Shown in pieces: positions 36,106 through 48,819 of a stretch of DNA of 64,000 bases (within the stretch, counting starts at the first letter, position 1; every line of letters begins with the position of its first letter). The stretch is from Squalus acanthias (taxonomy: Eukaryota). The notes beneath the pieces were generated by a model. The model made no database searches and was not told where the DNA came from. It was given only the letters and a program-made list of their open reading frames with translations. The stretch lies in the NCBI GenBank assembly GCA_030390025.1, contig JASTWF010000070.1, positions 1-64,000 on the forward strand, written 5' to 3'. The position numbers and the translations under genes were made by a program.

Positions 36106-38734
36106 ACCGGTAATAAATTGACCCGGAGTCTCGGGTTTGCAGACACTGTAACCGGACCGGGTCCCGGAGTTTACAGGAACAGCGCACGGTTCAGTCAGAA
36201 ATTTGAGTGGCGGCTGTTGGCGCTTCTCCGGAGGAAATGGCTCCAGCGATGCATCTCCTGTGGGCTCTGCTGATCCATTTAACAGGTGAGAGACGGATGT
36301 TTTTAGACACGGGTTTATCCGCAACTAAATCGGTTCAATACCGAGAATCGGGCGGTTTTCTCTCCGTGTTTATTGAGGCATTAACGTCCTATTTGCTCCA
36401 AGTCTCTGAATGGGTTGATTTTTTTCTTTTATTGAAGGTGTTCTGGCGGCTCCTGTCCTCAATCGGTCCCCAATATCCGATCCTGTCTCCGCGGGCCAGA
36501 CCGTCCGGTTACAGTGTGCGATGCAGAACGGGGCTGTGGGCAGCAATCGTGTACTGGTTCCGACAGCGACCCGGGGAAGCTCCGGTGTGGGTGCTAACAT
36601 ATGAAACAGATAATGATATATACCGAGGCACCGGCTTCACAGATCGTTTTCAACCTTCCAGAGACGCCTCCGGTAACAGTTACATTCTGACCATCGGAAC
36701 CCTGGTGCCCGGTGACTCCGCCGTCTATTACTGTGCTGTGTGGGCTCCGGGATACATCTTCGGACCGGGGACCGCCCTGAGTATAAAGAGTAAGTTACCC
36801 TCACATTCTATAATTGACATTGTTGCAATTTTTAATTTACACTCGCTTTCATTCCCGGGCGCCAGAGAAATCTCGATTCAGTGAATTTTGTTGTTGGATC
36901 TATTTATGCACAAAAAATGCGAAACTTTTCAGAATTGGAATTGTTGGAGCGCCTCGAGGTATAATACTGAGCTGAAATGAAGTTTTACACCATTTCCTGC
37001 TCCCATTCAATAGGGGAGATGAGGAGAAGTGTTCTTTTTACGCAGCGAGTTGTTGTGATCTGGAACGCGCTGCCTGAAAGGGCGGTGGGAGCAGATTCAA
37101 TAGTAACTTTCAAAAGTGAATTGGATAAATACTTTACGTTATGAATTAATGTAAACAGTAAATTGGTTTAGGAAGGCTATAAAATCCTTGGAGAGGTTGC
37201 AGAGCAGATTACCTGTAATAGAACCAGGGATGAGCGAATTCAGTTATGTGGAGAGACTGGAGAAGCTGGGATTGATCTCCTTAGAGCAGAGAAGGTTAAG
37301 GGGAGATTTGATAGAGGTGTTTAAAATTATGTAGGGTTTGATAGAGTAAATAAGGAGAAGCTGTTTCCACTTGCAGGAGGGTCGGTAACCAGAGGACACA
37401 GATTTAAGATAATTGGCAAACACTGGAGGGGAGAGGAGAAGAATATTCTTTGCCCAGCGAGTTGTTGTGATCTGGAACGCACTGCCTGTAAGGGCGGTGG
37501 AAGCAGATTCAATAGTAACTTTCAAAAGGGAATTGGATAAATACTTGAAAAGGATTAATGCATGGCCACGGGAAAAGAGGAGTGGGAGTAACTCCTCGAT
37601 CAGATCGCCCCTGAATCTTCGAAAGTCAAGGGAATACAAGCCACGTTTATGCAACCCGTCCACGTAATTTAACCCGCCAAGCCCCGGTATCATTCGGGTG
37701 CAGAAAGAGACATAGATAGAGAAAGAGCGAGAGGAAAGTTGTGAGCGACACTGTGAAGTTCTGGTAGTGGACACTGAATATGTCACTATGTTACATTGAG
37801 ACTTGAAGGGGAGAAAATTGCAGGGCTATGGGGAAAGAGCAGGGGAGGGGACTAATTGGAGAGCTCTTTCAAAGAGACGGCTCAAGCACGATGGGCCCAA
37901 TGGCCTCCTTCTGTCCTGTGTGATTCTTTGCAATCCCTTACTTATTCCCTTAGTGTATGTAGAATTATTCCTATTGTCCAGAGTCGGCACCGCCCGATTT
38001 TAAAAAGATTACCCGGAGCCGGCGGGAGAGACCCCGGGGGAATCCCAACCCATTTACCGTCAATTGCAACTTTCAAAGTTGCTGCTGGTTTTATTCCTGT
38101 GGCGTATTGTCCCCCTGACCGCAGCCGTCGGGTGTCCGGCTCTGGGCTGGGAGAGAGAGAGGACCCTCCCGAGACCCGCTGTCCCAGCACAGAACCGGTT
38201 GGATCGACTCCCTGTCGCCAGCAACACCGGGACTAGTCGGGATTGTATTCGTTTGACGGGACCGCTTTTATTCTGAATTTCGTGCTGCGGTATTTAAACT
38301 ATCTGAGCTCATTATTCGCAATCTCCTCGCTATTTATAGAGCAGAACCGCCGCATTACCATGGAGCGGCGCAGTGACAATTACTGACCAGCCCCGTGTGT
38401 ATGATTGAGACTGGGTGATGCTTGTTGAAGGGAATTTTCTCTCCATCTCATTCTCTCGCTGCTGACCCTCTCCCCTCCCCCAGGCTGTGTCTGCTGACTC
38501 TCCCTGTGCAGTGTCCCCCCGGAGATAGCGCCGATTCTCCTGGGTTGATCTGTCGGGTCCCGCTACCGCCCAGTGTTGAACGGATCACTCCGGGACCAGC
38601 GAGACTGACCTGATCCCGAGAGAGAAATCAGTTTATACGCGCGGGGAGGAATCCTTACTTGCCTCTGTAGCGAGAATCTTTTACAATCCTTGTTCCCCAT
38701 TTCACTGGAAATATCAAACAGTGAAAACCCTTCA

Positions 38735-39130
38735 TCAAAGAGAAGGCTGAGGGGTGACCGAATAGAGGTTTTTAAAATGATGAAAGGTTTTGATGGAGTA
38801 GTTGCAGAGAGAATCTTTCCACTTGTGGGGAAGAGGATGACTAGAGACCATCAATATAAGATAGTCACCAAGAAATCCAATGGGGAATTCAGGGGAAACT
38901 TCTTTACCCAGAGAGTGGGGAGACTGTGGAACTCGCTACCACAGGGAGAGGTTGAGGCGAATAGTATAGATGCATTTAAGGAGAGGCTAGATAAGCGCAT
39001 GAGGGAGAAGGGAATAGAGGGTTATGCTGATAGAGTTAGATGAGGAAGCATGGGAGGAGGCTCGAGTGGAGAATAAACGCCGGCATGGACTGGTTGGGCC
39101 GAATGGCCTGATTCTGTGCTGTATATTCTG
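38735..39130 (+). mobile_element. CR1-type LINE 3' fragment in the J-C intron
   Basis: RRLRGDRIEVFKMMKGFD...FFTQRVGRLWNSLP in ORF 38690-39043. Confidence 0.85.
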
Positions 39131-40048
39131 TGTAATTCTGTGTAAACCATTTACAATATTGTTAGGCAGAGTCCCTACATTAATTCCCAGCCCGTGTACA
39201 ATGTCCTCTCTTTATTCAGTGAGCTCTCAAATACCCGGTAACAGTCTCGGCTTAATTATCATCGCCGCAACATTTAAGCCGATCAGTTTCTAACTCGCAA
39301 TTCTAAAAAAAATACGAATTGTTAAAAAAACTTCCGAATCCTATACAATGATATAAGGAGGTCACTCGGCCCATCGTGCCTGTGGCGGCTCTTTGAAAGG
39401 GCTGCATTAGTTTGAGATATCAGAACATAATGTGGACTCTCGGTGAAAAGCCGATTACAGCTCCGTGATTTCATCTCTTTAAAGTTAACACTGACCGCAT
39501 TTTAAGACAATCAAACGCTTTATTATTTTCAAGTAAAAAGGGAAAAAACTGCAATTGTAGGAAATTAAATAAAAACTGAAAATACTGGGAATACACGGCC
39601 GGTCTGTTATTTTCTGTAACGGGAACAGTCAGGTTAGTGCGGTTCCGGGGGTGTAACCTGCACCTGAACTGGTCAGTTACTGATCTTTCCGCCACTCACA
39701 TCCTGACTGACCCGGTCTGTATTTCTGCATTTTCTGTGCTATTTTACAAGAAAGAAAGGGAGACTTGCCTTTCTCCAGCGCCTTTCACGACCTCAGGACG
39801 CCCCAAGGCGCTTTACAACCAATGAAATACAGTTGAACCAAGTCACTGTTGTAATGTAGGCAAAAGAATTGGCAGAGGAGCAGAGGAATTAGAGATTTAA
39901 GAATTTATTGGATCTCCTGTATTAATCAGTAATTTATTTTAAAGTGAATGTTGTTCGGGGTTCTTTGGCATCTTTGATTTCAGATCAGAGCGTCCCACTG
40001 CTGACGGATTCCAAAAACGAATTAATTTTCTCTCCCCCCCACACACAG

Positions 40049-40377
40049 GCAGCGAGGATCGAAGCCCCTCGGTTCTTCTCCTCCCTCCCTCCTCGGAAGA
40101 AATCGGCTCGGGCACGGCCACTCTGTCCTGCCTGGTCAGTCGCTTTAAGCCGGGCTTGGTGCTGCTCCGCTGTAGCGTGGATGGCCAAGAGACAGACAGC
40201 GGGGTGACGACAGGCGCCGTGTCCCCGGACAGCGATCAAACCTACAGCCTGAGCAGTTACCTGAGAGTCCCCGCCGCCGCCTGGAACAAGGGCTCCAGCT
40301 ATTCCTGCAGCGTCAGCCACGGCTCCCTGAGCTCGCCTCTTCTCAAGACCATCAGCGCCTCCACGTGCTCCGACTGA
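40049..40377 (+). CDS. Ig light-chain constant exon, copy 2 (open frame, core Trp mutated)
   Basis: 329 nt, near-identical to 26996-27324; LVLLRCSVDG vs LVRLRWSVDG. Confidence 0.85.
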
Positions 40378-42160
40378 GGCGGTGCAAGTTGTCGGCGGAG
40401 TTTGATTTTTGCTCGTGTTTAATATAATTAAACAGATCATTCAATGTGTGCAATCCACGTTTTTTGTAATGTAATCGCTGTAACAATTTCAGTTTTTGGC
40501 AAACAATCCGAATGTTTAATAACTGAAGTGACTGAAATGATTGTCCAGCTTTGTGAGATGGAACTTTCTGTACAACTGTCCCCAGTATCTTGTGTGTCAA
40601 CTTTCGCTGTGTGTAGAATGGGGACAGATTTCTCTTTAGTCTGTGATCATATTGTGATTGGGAACTTGTGTAACACAGCTCTTAATAAACATGAAATGCT
40701 GCCACGAGCTTAAAGTGGTCCGTCTTTAATCAGCACTTAAAGGGACATTGAGTGGATGACATAGAATGTACAGCACAAACAGGACTTCCAGCCCAACTGG
40801 ACCATGCCTGTGTCTATACTCCGCTCGAGCCTCCTGCCAGCTTCCTCATCTAACACTATCAGCATAAGCCTCTATTCCGTTCTCCTTCATGTGTTTATCA
40901 AGCTTCCCCTTAAATGCATCGATACTATTCGCCTCAGCTATTCCCTGTGGTAGCGAGTTCCACATTCTCACCACTCTCTGGGTAAAGAAGTTTCTCCTGA
41001 ATTCCACATTGGATTTATTAGTGACTGTATTATATTTATTGGCCCCTAGTTCTGGTCTTCCCCCACAAGTGATACATCTTCTCTGTGTCTACCCTATCAA
41101 AACCTTTCATAATTTTAAAGACCTCTATCAGGTCACCCCTCAGCCTTCTCTTTTCTAGAGAAAAGAGCTCAGGCCTGTTCTATCTTTCCTGAAAGATATA
41201 TCCTCTCAGATGTGTTTCATCCTTGTAAATATTTTATTATGGCTTCTCTGGTGCCAGATTCGGGGGGCACAGAGAGCTCGGGGTAGATAGTGATGAATGG
41301 GGTTACAGAGATAGGGAGAGGCGAAGCCATGAACGGATTTGAACAAGGGGATGACAATTTTAAACGGGGGGCCTTGGGGGATGAGGAGTCCCTGCAGTTC
41401 AGCAAGACCGTAGATGGTGAGTGAGTGGGACTTGTGGGGGATGGGCTACGGGCGGAAAAGTTCTGGATCAGCTCAAGATTACCAATTGTCTTAGGTAGGG
41501 CTGCCGCGAGCATTGGACAAGTCACGTTAGGAGGTAACAAAGGCTTGGATGAGGGTTTAACGGCAGGTGGACTGAGTTAGCGGGGATGGCAGGAAAGGTT
41601 ATCTAGTTGAAAGTAGGCGGCCTTTGAGACGGACAAGTCATAGGCCGGGGAACTCAGATATGGGTGCAATAGATCCCTGAGATTGCGAACAGTCTGGGTC
41701 GATTGAGACCGGGAAGGGGGCGAATCAATGGGCGAGGGTGGCGAGTCTGTGGCGAGAGAAGGAGTGCTTTCCTGGGGAAAAGATTCCCTAGTATAAAGTT
41801 CCAAAACTCGACATGGAGAGCACATTCAGGTACAGGTGACCAGCTCTGCCACCTCGCTTTCAGATGTTGTCAGCTTCAGCCAGATGTGATCTGGAGCCAG
41901 CAGAGAGGGGTCATCCTGGCATTTCCCAGCTACACACGGTTTGGCGCTATTTTAATTCAGTCTGGGGGTGAGCTCAGTATAGGCGTTACTAATCGGTACC
42001 CCGACCCACCTCACCCCTCCCGCCGGTACATGTACAGTTATGGTCAGTGCGATAATCTGCATGAGAGACGGTAACAGTGCTACATAAGCGACTGCCTCAG
42101 AATCAACACAACCCATAGTTCAGGCCGAGAAACGTGCATCTTATTTTCCCAGTTAGGATC

Positions 42161-42325
42161 ACAGGAACAGGAGGAGGCCATTCAGCCCCTGGAGCCTGTT
42201 ACACAGGAACAGGAGGAGGCCATTCAGTCCGTGGAGCCTGTTACACAGGAACAGGAGGAGGCCATTCAGCCCCTGGAGCCTATTACACAGGAACAGGAGG
42301 AGGCCATTCAGCCCCTCGAGCCTGT
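42161..42325. repeat. 42-bp tandem repeat x4 at the tail of a minus-strand CR1 fragment (to about 42715)
   Basis: Unit acacaggaacaggaggaggccattcagcccctggagcctgtt. Confidence 0.88.
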
Positions 42326-44717
42326 TCCGCCATTCAGTTAGATCATGGCTGATCTGTATCTTAACTCCATCTACCTGTCTTGGTTCCATAACCCTTAATA
42401 CCCTTTCCCAACAAAAATCTATCTCTCTCAGTTTTGCTATTTTCAATTGACCCCCAGCCTCAACAGCTTTTTGTGCGAGAGAGTTCCCGATTTCCTTTGT
42501 GTGAAGAAGTGCTTCCTGGCATCACCCCTGAACGGCCTGGCTCTAATTTTAAGTTGATGCCTCCTTGTGCTAGACTCCCCCCGCGCCCCCCCCACCAGAT
42601 GAAATAGTTTCTCTCTCTCTACCCTATCGAATCCTTTAATCATCTTAAGCACCTCAATTAGATCGCCCCTTAATCTTCTATATTCAAGGGGATTCTAGCC
42701 TAGTCTGTGCAAATCTCACCCTTTTTGGCCGCAGTAGCGTTTGGTTTGGTCTCTTGTGCCGTTTAGTGTATTTGCTTCCATATGCTCAACAGTGAGTGAT
42801 TTTACTCCAATCTCTCCAGATTTCGCCAGTCTTTAATGCTAATTCCAGCTCCTGAAGGTTTTTGACTCTACTCTGAAGCTGGCCGAGGGCTGGGATATCT
42901 CCCACGTGTTATGGGGCGCTTCTGTACTCAAAAGTTAGGCAGACTACGAATCAGTTTCCATCTCGCAGTAACGTGTAATACTAATCGGGAATTCTGGCCC
43001 AACCAGACCCCTGAGAGGAGTGCTGTGTTGCCGGACCGGGAGCCAATGTAGGTCAGCGAGCACAGGGGGTGATGGGTGAATGGGACTTGGTGCGAGTTAG
43101 GATACGGGCCAGCAGAGTTTACACCCCTGATTATTCTCCTTTACAGAGACTGGGATACCAGCATCCCAGAACCAAATTTACTCCGAACGACCGCTCTACC
43201 ACTACGGGCTCCACTGATGTCCTGAATTGATTGTGCATTGTGGGTATCATTGTCCATTGAACATTGCAATTTTTCTGGGAGTCACAGGAAGGAAGTGATC
43301 CTCACTCTGCTTCCAAACCTCAGCTCTGAAGTGTGAAAAGGAGTCGCCAGGGGGTGACAGAGAAACGCCATCAGACACTCACCCTTATCACATGTTGCCT
43401 CCAGGGGGCGTTTGGTTAAATGAACGACCCCATTCAGATTTAAGTTTCAGCTATATAAAAATTGAATCATTAATCTATTTTGAGACTAATTGACTGGAAA
43501 TAATTATTGAGTTGTTGGGATGTCAGAGCGATAAAATGAATGTTGTTTCGCATTGTTATTATGAAATATTCAAGTACTTTGATGCTGGGAGTTTGTGGAT
43601 CACAGCGTGGTACACAAGAACAGAAGAAATAGGAGCAGGAGTAGACCATTCCGCCCTTTGAGCCTGCTCCGCCATTCAATAAGATCATGGCTAATCTTCG
43701 ACCTCATCTGCACTTTCCTGAACTATCCCCATATCCCTTGATTCCCTTAATAGTCACAAATTTGTCGTTCTCTATCTTGAATATACGCAACGACCGAGCC
43801 TCTACAGCCCTCTGGGGTAGAGAATTCCAAAGATTCACCACCCACTGAGTGAAGAAATTTCACCTCATCTCAGTTCTAAATGGCCGACCCCTTATTCTGA
43901 GACTGTGACCCCTGGTTCTAGATTCCCCAGCCAAGAGGTATACACTCTTACTGCTATTTTCTGGCATAAGCTGTTATTTTAAAAAGTATATTCTTCAGAT
44001 GTAAAGGTTTATCAATCAGTTACCTAAAACATGGCCATTAGATTTTACAGTGAATTATGCTGCGAGTTAATCTTATTTACCTGGATTCACTCCTGTGAAT
44101 AATTGGTTACCTGGATAATTCTGGGAATTAAGAAATGTGGATTGTAGACAGCACCCAGTTGAACTCCGTTTATTCAGTCTCTATTAATTGTCCATCCCTG
44201 TTTATAGGTTATAACTATCAGGCAAGATTGAACAGGCTGGGGTTCTTTTCTCTAGAAAGGAGAAGTCTGAAGGGTGAGCTGACAGAGGACTTTAAGATTA
44301 TGAAAGGGTTTGATAGGGTAGACATATAGGAGATTTTCCACTTCTGGGGGAGATCAGAACTAGGGGCTATCAATATAAGATAGTCACTAAAAAATCCAAT
44401 AGGGAATTGAGGAGAAACTTTTTTTTACACAGTGTGGTTAGAATGTGGAACTCGCTACCACAGGGAGTGGTTGAGGCAAATAGCATAGATGCATTTAAGG
44501 AGAAGTTAGATAAACACGTGAGGCAGAAAGCAATAGAAGGATATGGTGATCGGGTGAGATGAAAAGGGATGGGAGGAGGCTCGTGTGAATCATAAACACC
44601 GGCATGGACATGTTGGGCCGAATGGCCTGTTTCTGTGCTGCACATTCTCTGTAATTCGATGTAGTGAAGGGATTGCAGTGAAAGAGTCTTTTGCACATCT
44701 CTCACTCTTTCCTGGCT

Positions 44718-44954
44718 TTCTCTACAGTTTTCCCCGACACGCTCTTCTCCATATTTTAGCTGGAGAAGTCTAGTGGAACAGCACAAAGTACAGACAGCGC
44801 CGCTGCTCCAAGTTTGCACCGAGACACTGATGTGACTTCTGTTGCTGTAGGTCCCGTCCGGGTCTATTGTACCGGGAATCGGTGCGTCGCTCTGTAACCC
44901 CGTCTGGAAACATCCCAGAAAATAGCATTCCGGTTCGAGGAAGCACCACTGACC
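44718..44954 (-). pseudogene. Decayed C1 exon of the A/D receptor family
   Basis: Across three or more frameshifts reads VSGASSNRNAIFWDVS/VTERRTDS/GTIDPDGTYSNRSHISVSVQTWSSGAVCT/CAVP...KSVSGKTVE, homologous to 10156-10475 and 48199-48501. Confidence 0.85.
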
Positions 44955-45769
44955 CTACACGGTAAGGAGACTGTCCTTCTAATAAACTTTGAATTTGCAG
45001 GAATGGGTTTTTTGTTACTTTCGTGCCGACTCCGTACAGGTTTGATACAAAGATTAAAGTCCATGAACATCGGAACAGGAGGAGGCCATTCAGCCCCTGG
45101 AGCCTGTCACACACTCAATTAGATTATGGCTGATCTGTATCTTAGCTCCATCTACCCGCCTTGGTTCTGTGACCCTTAATACCCTCACCCAACAAAAATC
45201 TATCGATCTCAGTTTTGAAATTTGCAATTGATCCCTAGCCTCGACAGCTTTTTGGGGGAGAGAGTTCCAGATTTTCACTACCCTTTGTGTGAAGAAGTGC
45301 TTCCTGAACGGCCTGGCTCTAATTTAATTAACAAACTGTCCATTCGTTGTAAATATATGGAACCTGAATACACAAACCCTCTTGCTGCTCATTTTGCATG
45401 TACAGAATTCAAAGGGAGTGAACCTTCCCCGCATTCACTGCCATTACACGGAACTCCGATGGACAAAAGTCTTCTATATTGATTGCTTTTGAATGCAACA
45501 GGAAAACCTATCAGTTAATTCTCATTTTGCATAATTCCAGGGGCCGAAACCCTTTCCCATTCATCCCATTAGAAGGATGATGATCACCAACTACCTATGT
45601 GCAAAATACCAAAGGGTCAAACCTCATTTTTGTTTGATACACCAAATGTAATGTAGGCAACTTTGATGCAATCTTTATCAAAGTTAAGGTATTCTATATT
45701 AATGCAGTGTTTGATTGCTCAGACACAGTATCTGACACAACATGAATGTGTTGCAAAACATTGAATGCA

Positions 45770-46405
45770 ATCAAACTCCCACAAACAGCAGTGTAATAAT
45801 CATCAGGACATCTCATTTATTGATGTTGACTGAGGTATAAATATTGGCCCAGGACACCGAGGAGAACTACCCCTGCTCTTCTTCAAATAGTGGCCCTGGG
45901 ATCTTTCACAGCCACCTGAGAGAGCAGACGGGGCCTCGGCTTAACGTTGCGTCCGAAAGTCGGCCCCTCCAACAGTGCAGCGCTCCCTCAGTACTGCTCC
46001 TCCGACAGTTCGGCGCTCCCTCAGTACTGCTCTTCCAACAGTGCGGCGCTCCCTCAGTACTGCCCCTCCAACAGTGCAGCGCTCTCTCAATACTGCCCCT
46101 CTGACAGTGCGGCGCTCCCTCAGTACTGCCCCTCCGATGGTGCGGCGCTCTCTCAGGACTGACGCTCAGACAGTGCGGCACTCCCTCAGTACTGCCCCTC
46201 TGACAGTGCGGCGCTCCCTCAGTACAGCCCCTCCGACAGTGCGGCGCTCCCTCAGTACTGACCCTCCGAGAGTGCGGTGCTTCCTCAGTACCGCACTGGG
46301 AGTGTCGGTCTGGATTATGGGCTCAAGTCGCTGGAGTGGGACCTGAACAAATCCCTGACCTTCTGCCTCAGAGCGAGAGTGCTACCCACTGAGCCACGGC
46401 TGACA
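45770..46405 (-). mobile_element. Deu-domain SINE with internal 33-bp minisatellite (about 45962-46295)
   Basis: Same unit and SINE context as 6219-6605. Confidence 0.8.
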
Positions 46406-47767
46406 CAGAATGAGTAACAGGATCAAATCCTGCAACAAAGAGACAGGCAGCATTCAGATACTGGGTGAAACAGTTATCGAAAGAAAGACTGTCACCTCAT
46501 ATAGCACGTCCCAATACTGGCACTGGCGTGTCGGCATAGATTTTTGTGCTCAAGTCTCTGGAGTGGAACTCTGAACCCACGACCTTCTGACTCGGAGGCG
46601 AGAGTGCTGCCCACTGAGCCGCGGCTGGTATAATAACAGATGATTGCACCTTTCTTCAATCTGGTCTATTTTTGTTGGTACAAGTAAGGGTGTATGAATG
46701 AATGGGTTCTGGACCAATAAAAAGCAACACTCGGAATAGGATCATGCCCTCGCGCCCACACGAATGACACAAGCAGTCCGGTGTGTGCAATTCAGCACTG
46801 CGTGCCTTCAGTTCATTGTTTAATCAGCCTGCACTGCACGCCGCCTTTCACGCCTGTTTAACACGAGCTGGAATGCATTGCCCTTTGCAGGCAGACCTGT
46901 GCGTGGGCGTTTAATGTGTCAACAGGAAACCGCAGCGAGCCTTGCCATTGCGCTGTATTTTCCAGCCTGCTATTTTTAAAACGCAAGCACGCAATTTCCG
47001 CAGCTCTGCCTTTCACATCTCTTGCGAGCCGGGCCCAGCGCAAAGACATCCCAGCAAAGTGTTCAGTGTGCAGCTCACAGCAAGCACCTCGGTCGCCGAC
47101 AATGAGCTTCTTAACTCCCTGCGCGCTGTTCCATCTCTTTCCAGGTCAGTCTTATGTGCTTCTAATACATGGCGGAATTCAAGCGTAAGATCATTGAGCT
47201 GGTCAGACAAGTAGAAGATAGCGCGCTGTATTCTCTAATATTATTGTCATGTTGAAGGACTGGATTATCTCAGGCGAATGAAATTAGACCAAATGTCAAT
47301 ATTTTCCATCTATTGGATGTCCCGTCTGCCCTCTCAGGTGGAGCGAAAAGATCCCACGGCCACTATTGGAAGGAGAGCTGGGGAGTTCTCCTCGGTATCC
47401 TGGGGACAATATTATATTCCTCAATCAACATCACAGATTACCTGGTCATTACCATATTGCTGTTTGTGGGAGCTTGCTGTGCGCAATTTGGTTGCCGCGT
47501 TTCCTACATTACAACAGTGACTACACTGCAAAAGGTAATTCATTAGCTGTAAAGATCGTAATTCCTTTCTTTCTTCCTTTCATTCCTTCTCCTGTTATAG
47601 ACTCAATTTTAACCCCCATCATTTGAGTCATTTAGATATTAGTATCCACGTTCATTAATGATCGGATGGTCCTATTCACAGTTTACTGCCGTACCCGTTT
47701 CTTTTTAGGAAGCGGTGTTTATTTCTGCCGTGTATCAGACCCTCTTGTGAACATGTTCTTCTCTCAG

Positions 47768-48106
47768 TTATTGTCTGTCAGGAAGTTTTCCGCCAGAATC
47801 CTCCGGTTCAGACTGTCTCCGTTGGAAGTATCTTTAAGGTGGATTGTCACACGGGTTGGTTAGCAGGAGAAGCTGTGCACTGGTACAAGCGGCAGCACCG
47901 AGAGCATCTACAGCTAGTTTACACCGTGGGAAAGTACATGCCTCCTGAAGGAAGATTTTCCGGAGAAGTTAACAACGAATCCAGTATTTACTCTCTGATT
48001 GTGAAAGATGTCCAGAGGAATGATTCGGGGGTGTATTACTGCGCAGCTAAGAAATATAGCCTAATGCCCTTGATATTCGGAAACGGCTCGAAATTGCTCA
48101 TTGCAG
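47768..48106 (+). CDS. Gene D single-exon germline-joined VJ-type Ig domain
   Basis: ttctctcag acceptor; IVCQEVFRQNPPVQTVSVGSIFKVDC...VHWYKRQ...GRFSG...YSLIVKDVQRNDSGVYYC AAKKYSLMPLI FGNGSKLLIA; 339 nt phase 1-1; CAG|GTAAG donor; no RSS; leader exon not securely located. Confidence 0.92.
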
Positions 48107-48198
48107 GTAAGAATTGCGATTGTTTTACTCATTTCATCATAAATAACGACCAATTTACGTCGAATATTAATGGTATCTTAACCCCCCAAACTCGCCAG

Positions 48199-48501
48199 GG
48201 TCTCCGGAAATCTTTCTCTTAGCTCCGCCGCCGGATGAAATTCCCTCGCTGGAAAGGGTCCCATTGATGTGTTTGGTGAAAAGCATGTCTCCCGGTTCCC
48301 TTCCCGTTCGCTGGAATGTTTCCGGACAGGTTACCGAGGAACCGAGCGATTCTGGGACAATAGAACCGGACGGGACCTACACTGTAAGGAGTCACATCAG
48401 CGTCTCGGCGGAAACTTGGAGCAGCGGCGCTGTCTGTACTTGCGCCGTTCCAATCAACTCCACTGGGGATCTGATCAGTGAAAGTGTCTCATCTCAGAGA
48501 G
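48199..48501 (+). CDS. Gene D C1-set constant-like Ig domain exon
   Basis: GSPEIFLLAPPPDEI...VPLMCLVKSMSPGSLPVRWNVSG...DGTYTVRSHISVSAETWSSGAVCTCAV; 303 nt phase 1-1; 92-nt V-C intron. Confidence 0.9.
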
Positions 48502-48819
48502 GTAACTATTGGCAGTGACACTTTACTAATATCTTCCGTGCTGATGTAAGAGTTAATTGTTCGCAATATCACTTTATACATTCAAAGTCTCTCCCTTTCT
48601 GCGTGTCCATGTAGAATTACCCAATCATTTACCCCTCTCAATGTTGCAGTGTTGAGCTTTCTGAATTATAAAGTCCATCTGTCTAGCTAGGCCATACGTA
48701 TATGGTGGGAGAGAAGGAATCTGTCTGAGCTGTCCATGCGTAAAATTGGAAAATATAATTGCCATTTCCAGTTTATCACTTTCTCTCTCGATGCCTGTAT
48801 GTAGATATCTGTATTACAC

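Larger units (their letters stand above)
36237..40377 (+). pseudogene. Germline-joined Ig light chain, sigma-2/sigma-cart class, copy 2; exons 36237-36285 (L), 36438-36789 (VJ), 40049-40377 (C)
   Basis: VJ exon is 352 nt vs 354 nt in copy 1 (2-nt deletion in CDR1 near 36545); downstream frame VYWFRQRPGEAPVWVLTYETDNDIYRG...YYCAVWAPGYIFGPGT; C exon has Trp to Cys at 40171-40173; AATAAA 40684-40689. Confidence 0.88.
33175..40780. repeat. Tandem duplication unit 2 carrying an Ig light-chain cluster
   Basis: Colinear with 18890-27720. Confidence 0.88.

Noticed and set aside
36207-36884. 225-aa ORF as an intact light-chain protein
   Set aside because: It runs through the leader intron and the wrong FR1 frame, and enters the V frame only because of the 2-nt deletion.
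43147-43230. Possible orphan terminal exon after a good acceptor (one frame NQIYSERPLYHYGLH*)
   Set aside because: No upstream partner exons or paralog found and the frame cannot be chosen.
47768-48501. Calling genes A and D NITR, NKp30 or UrIg orthologs
   Set aside because: The second domain shows C1 motifs rather than an NITR I domain, NKp30 is single-V with a charged TM, and UrIg is an antibody-like multi-C protein; orthology needs a phylogeny, so no symbol is assigned.
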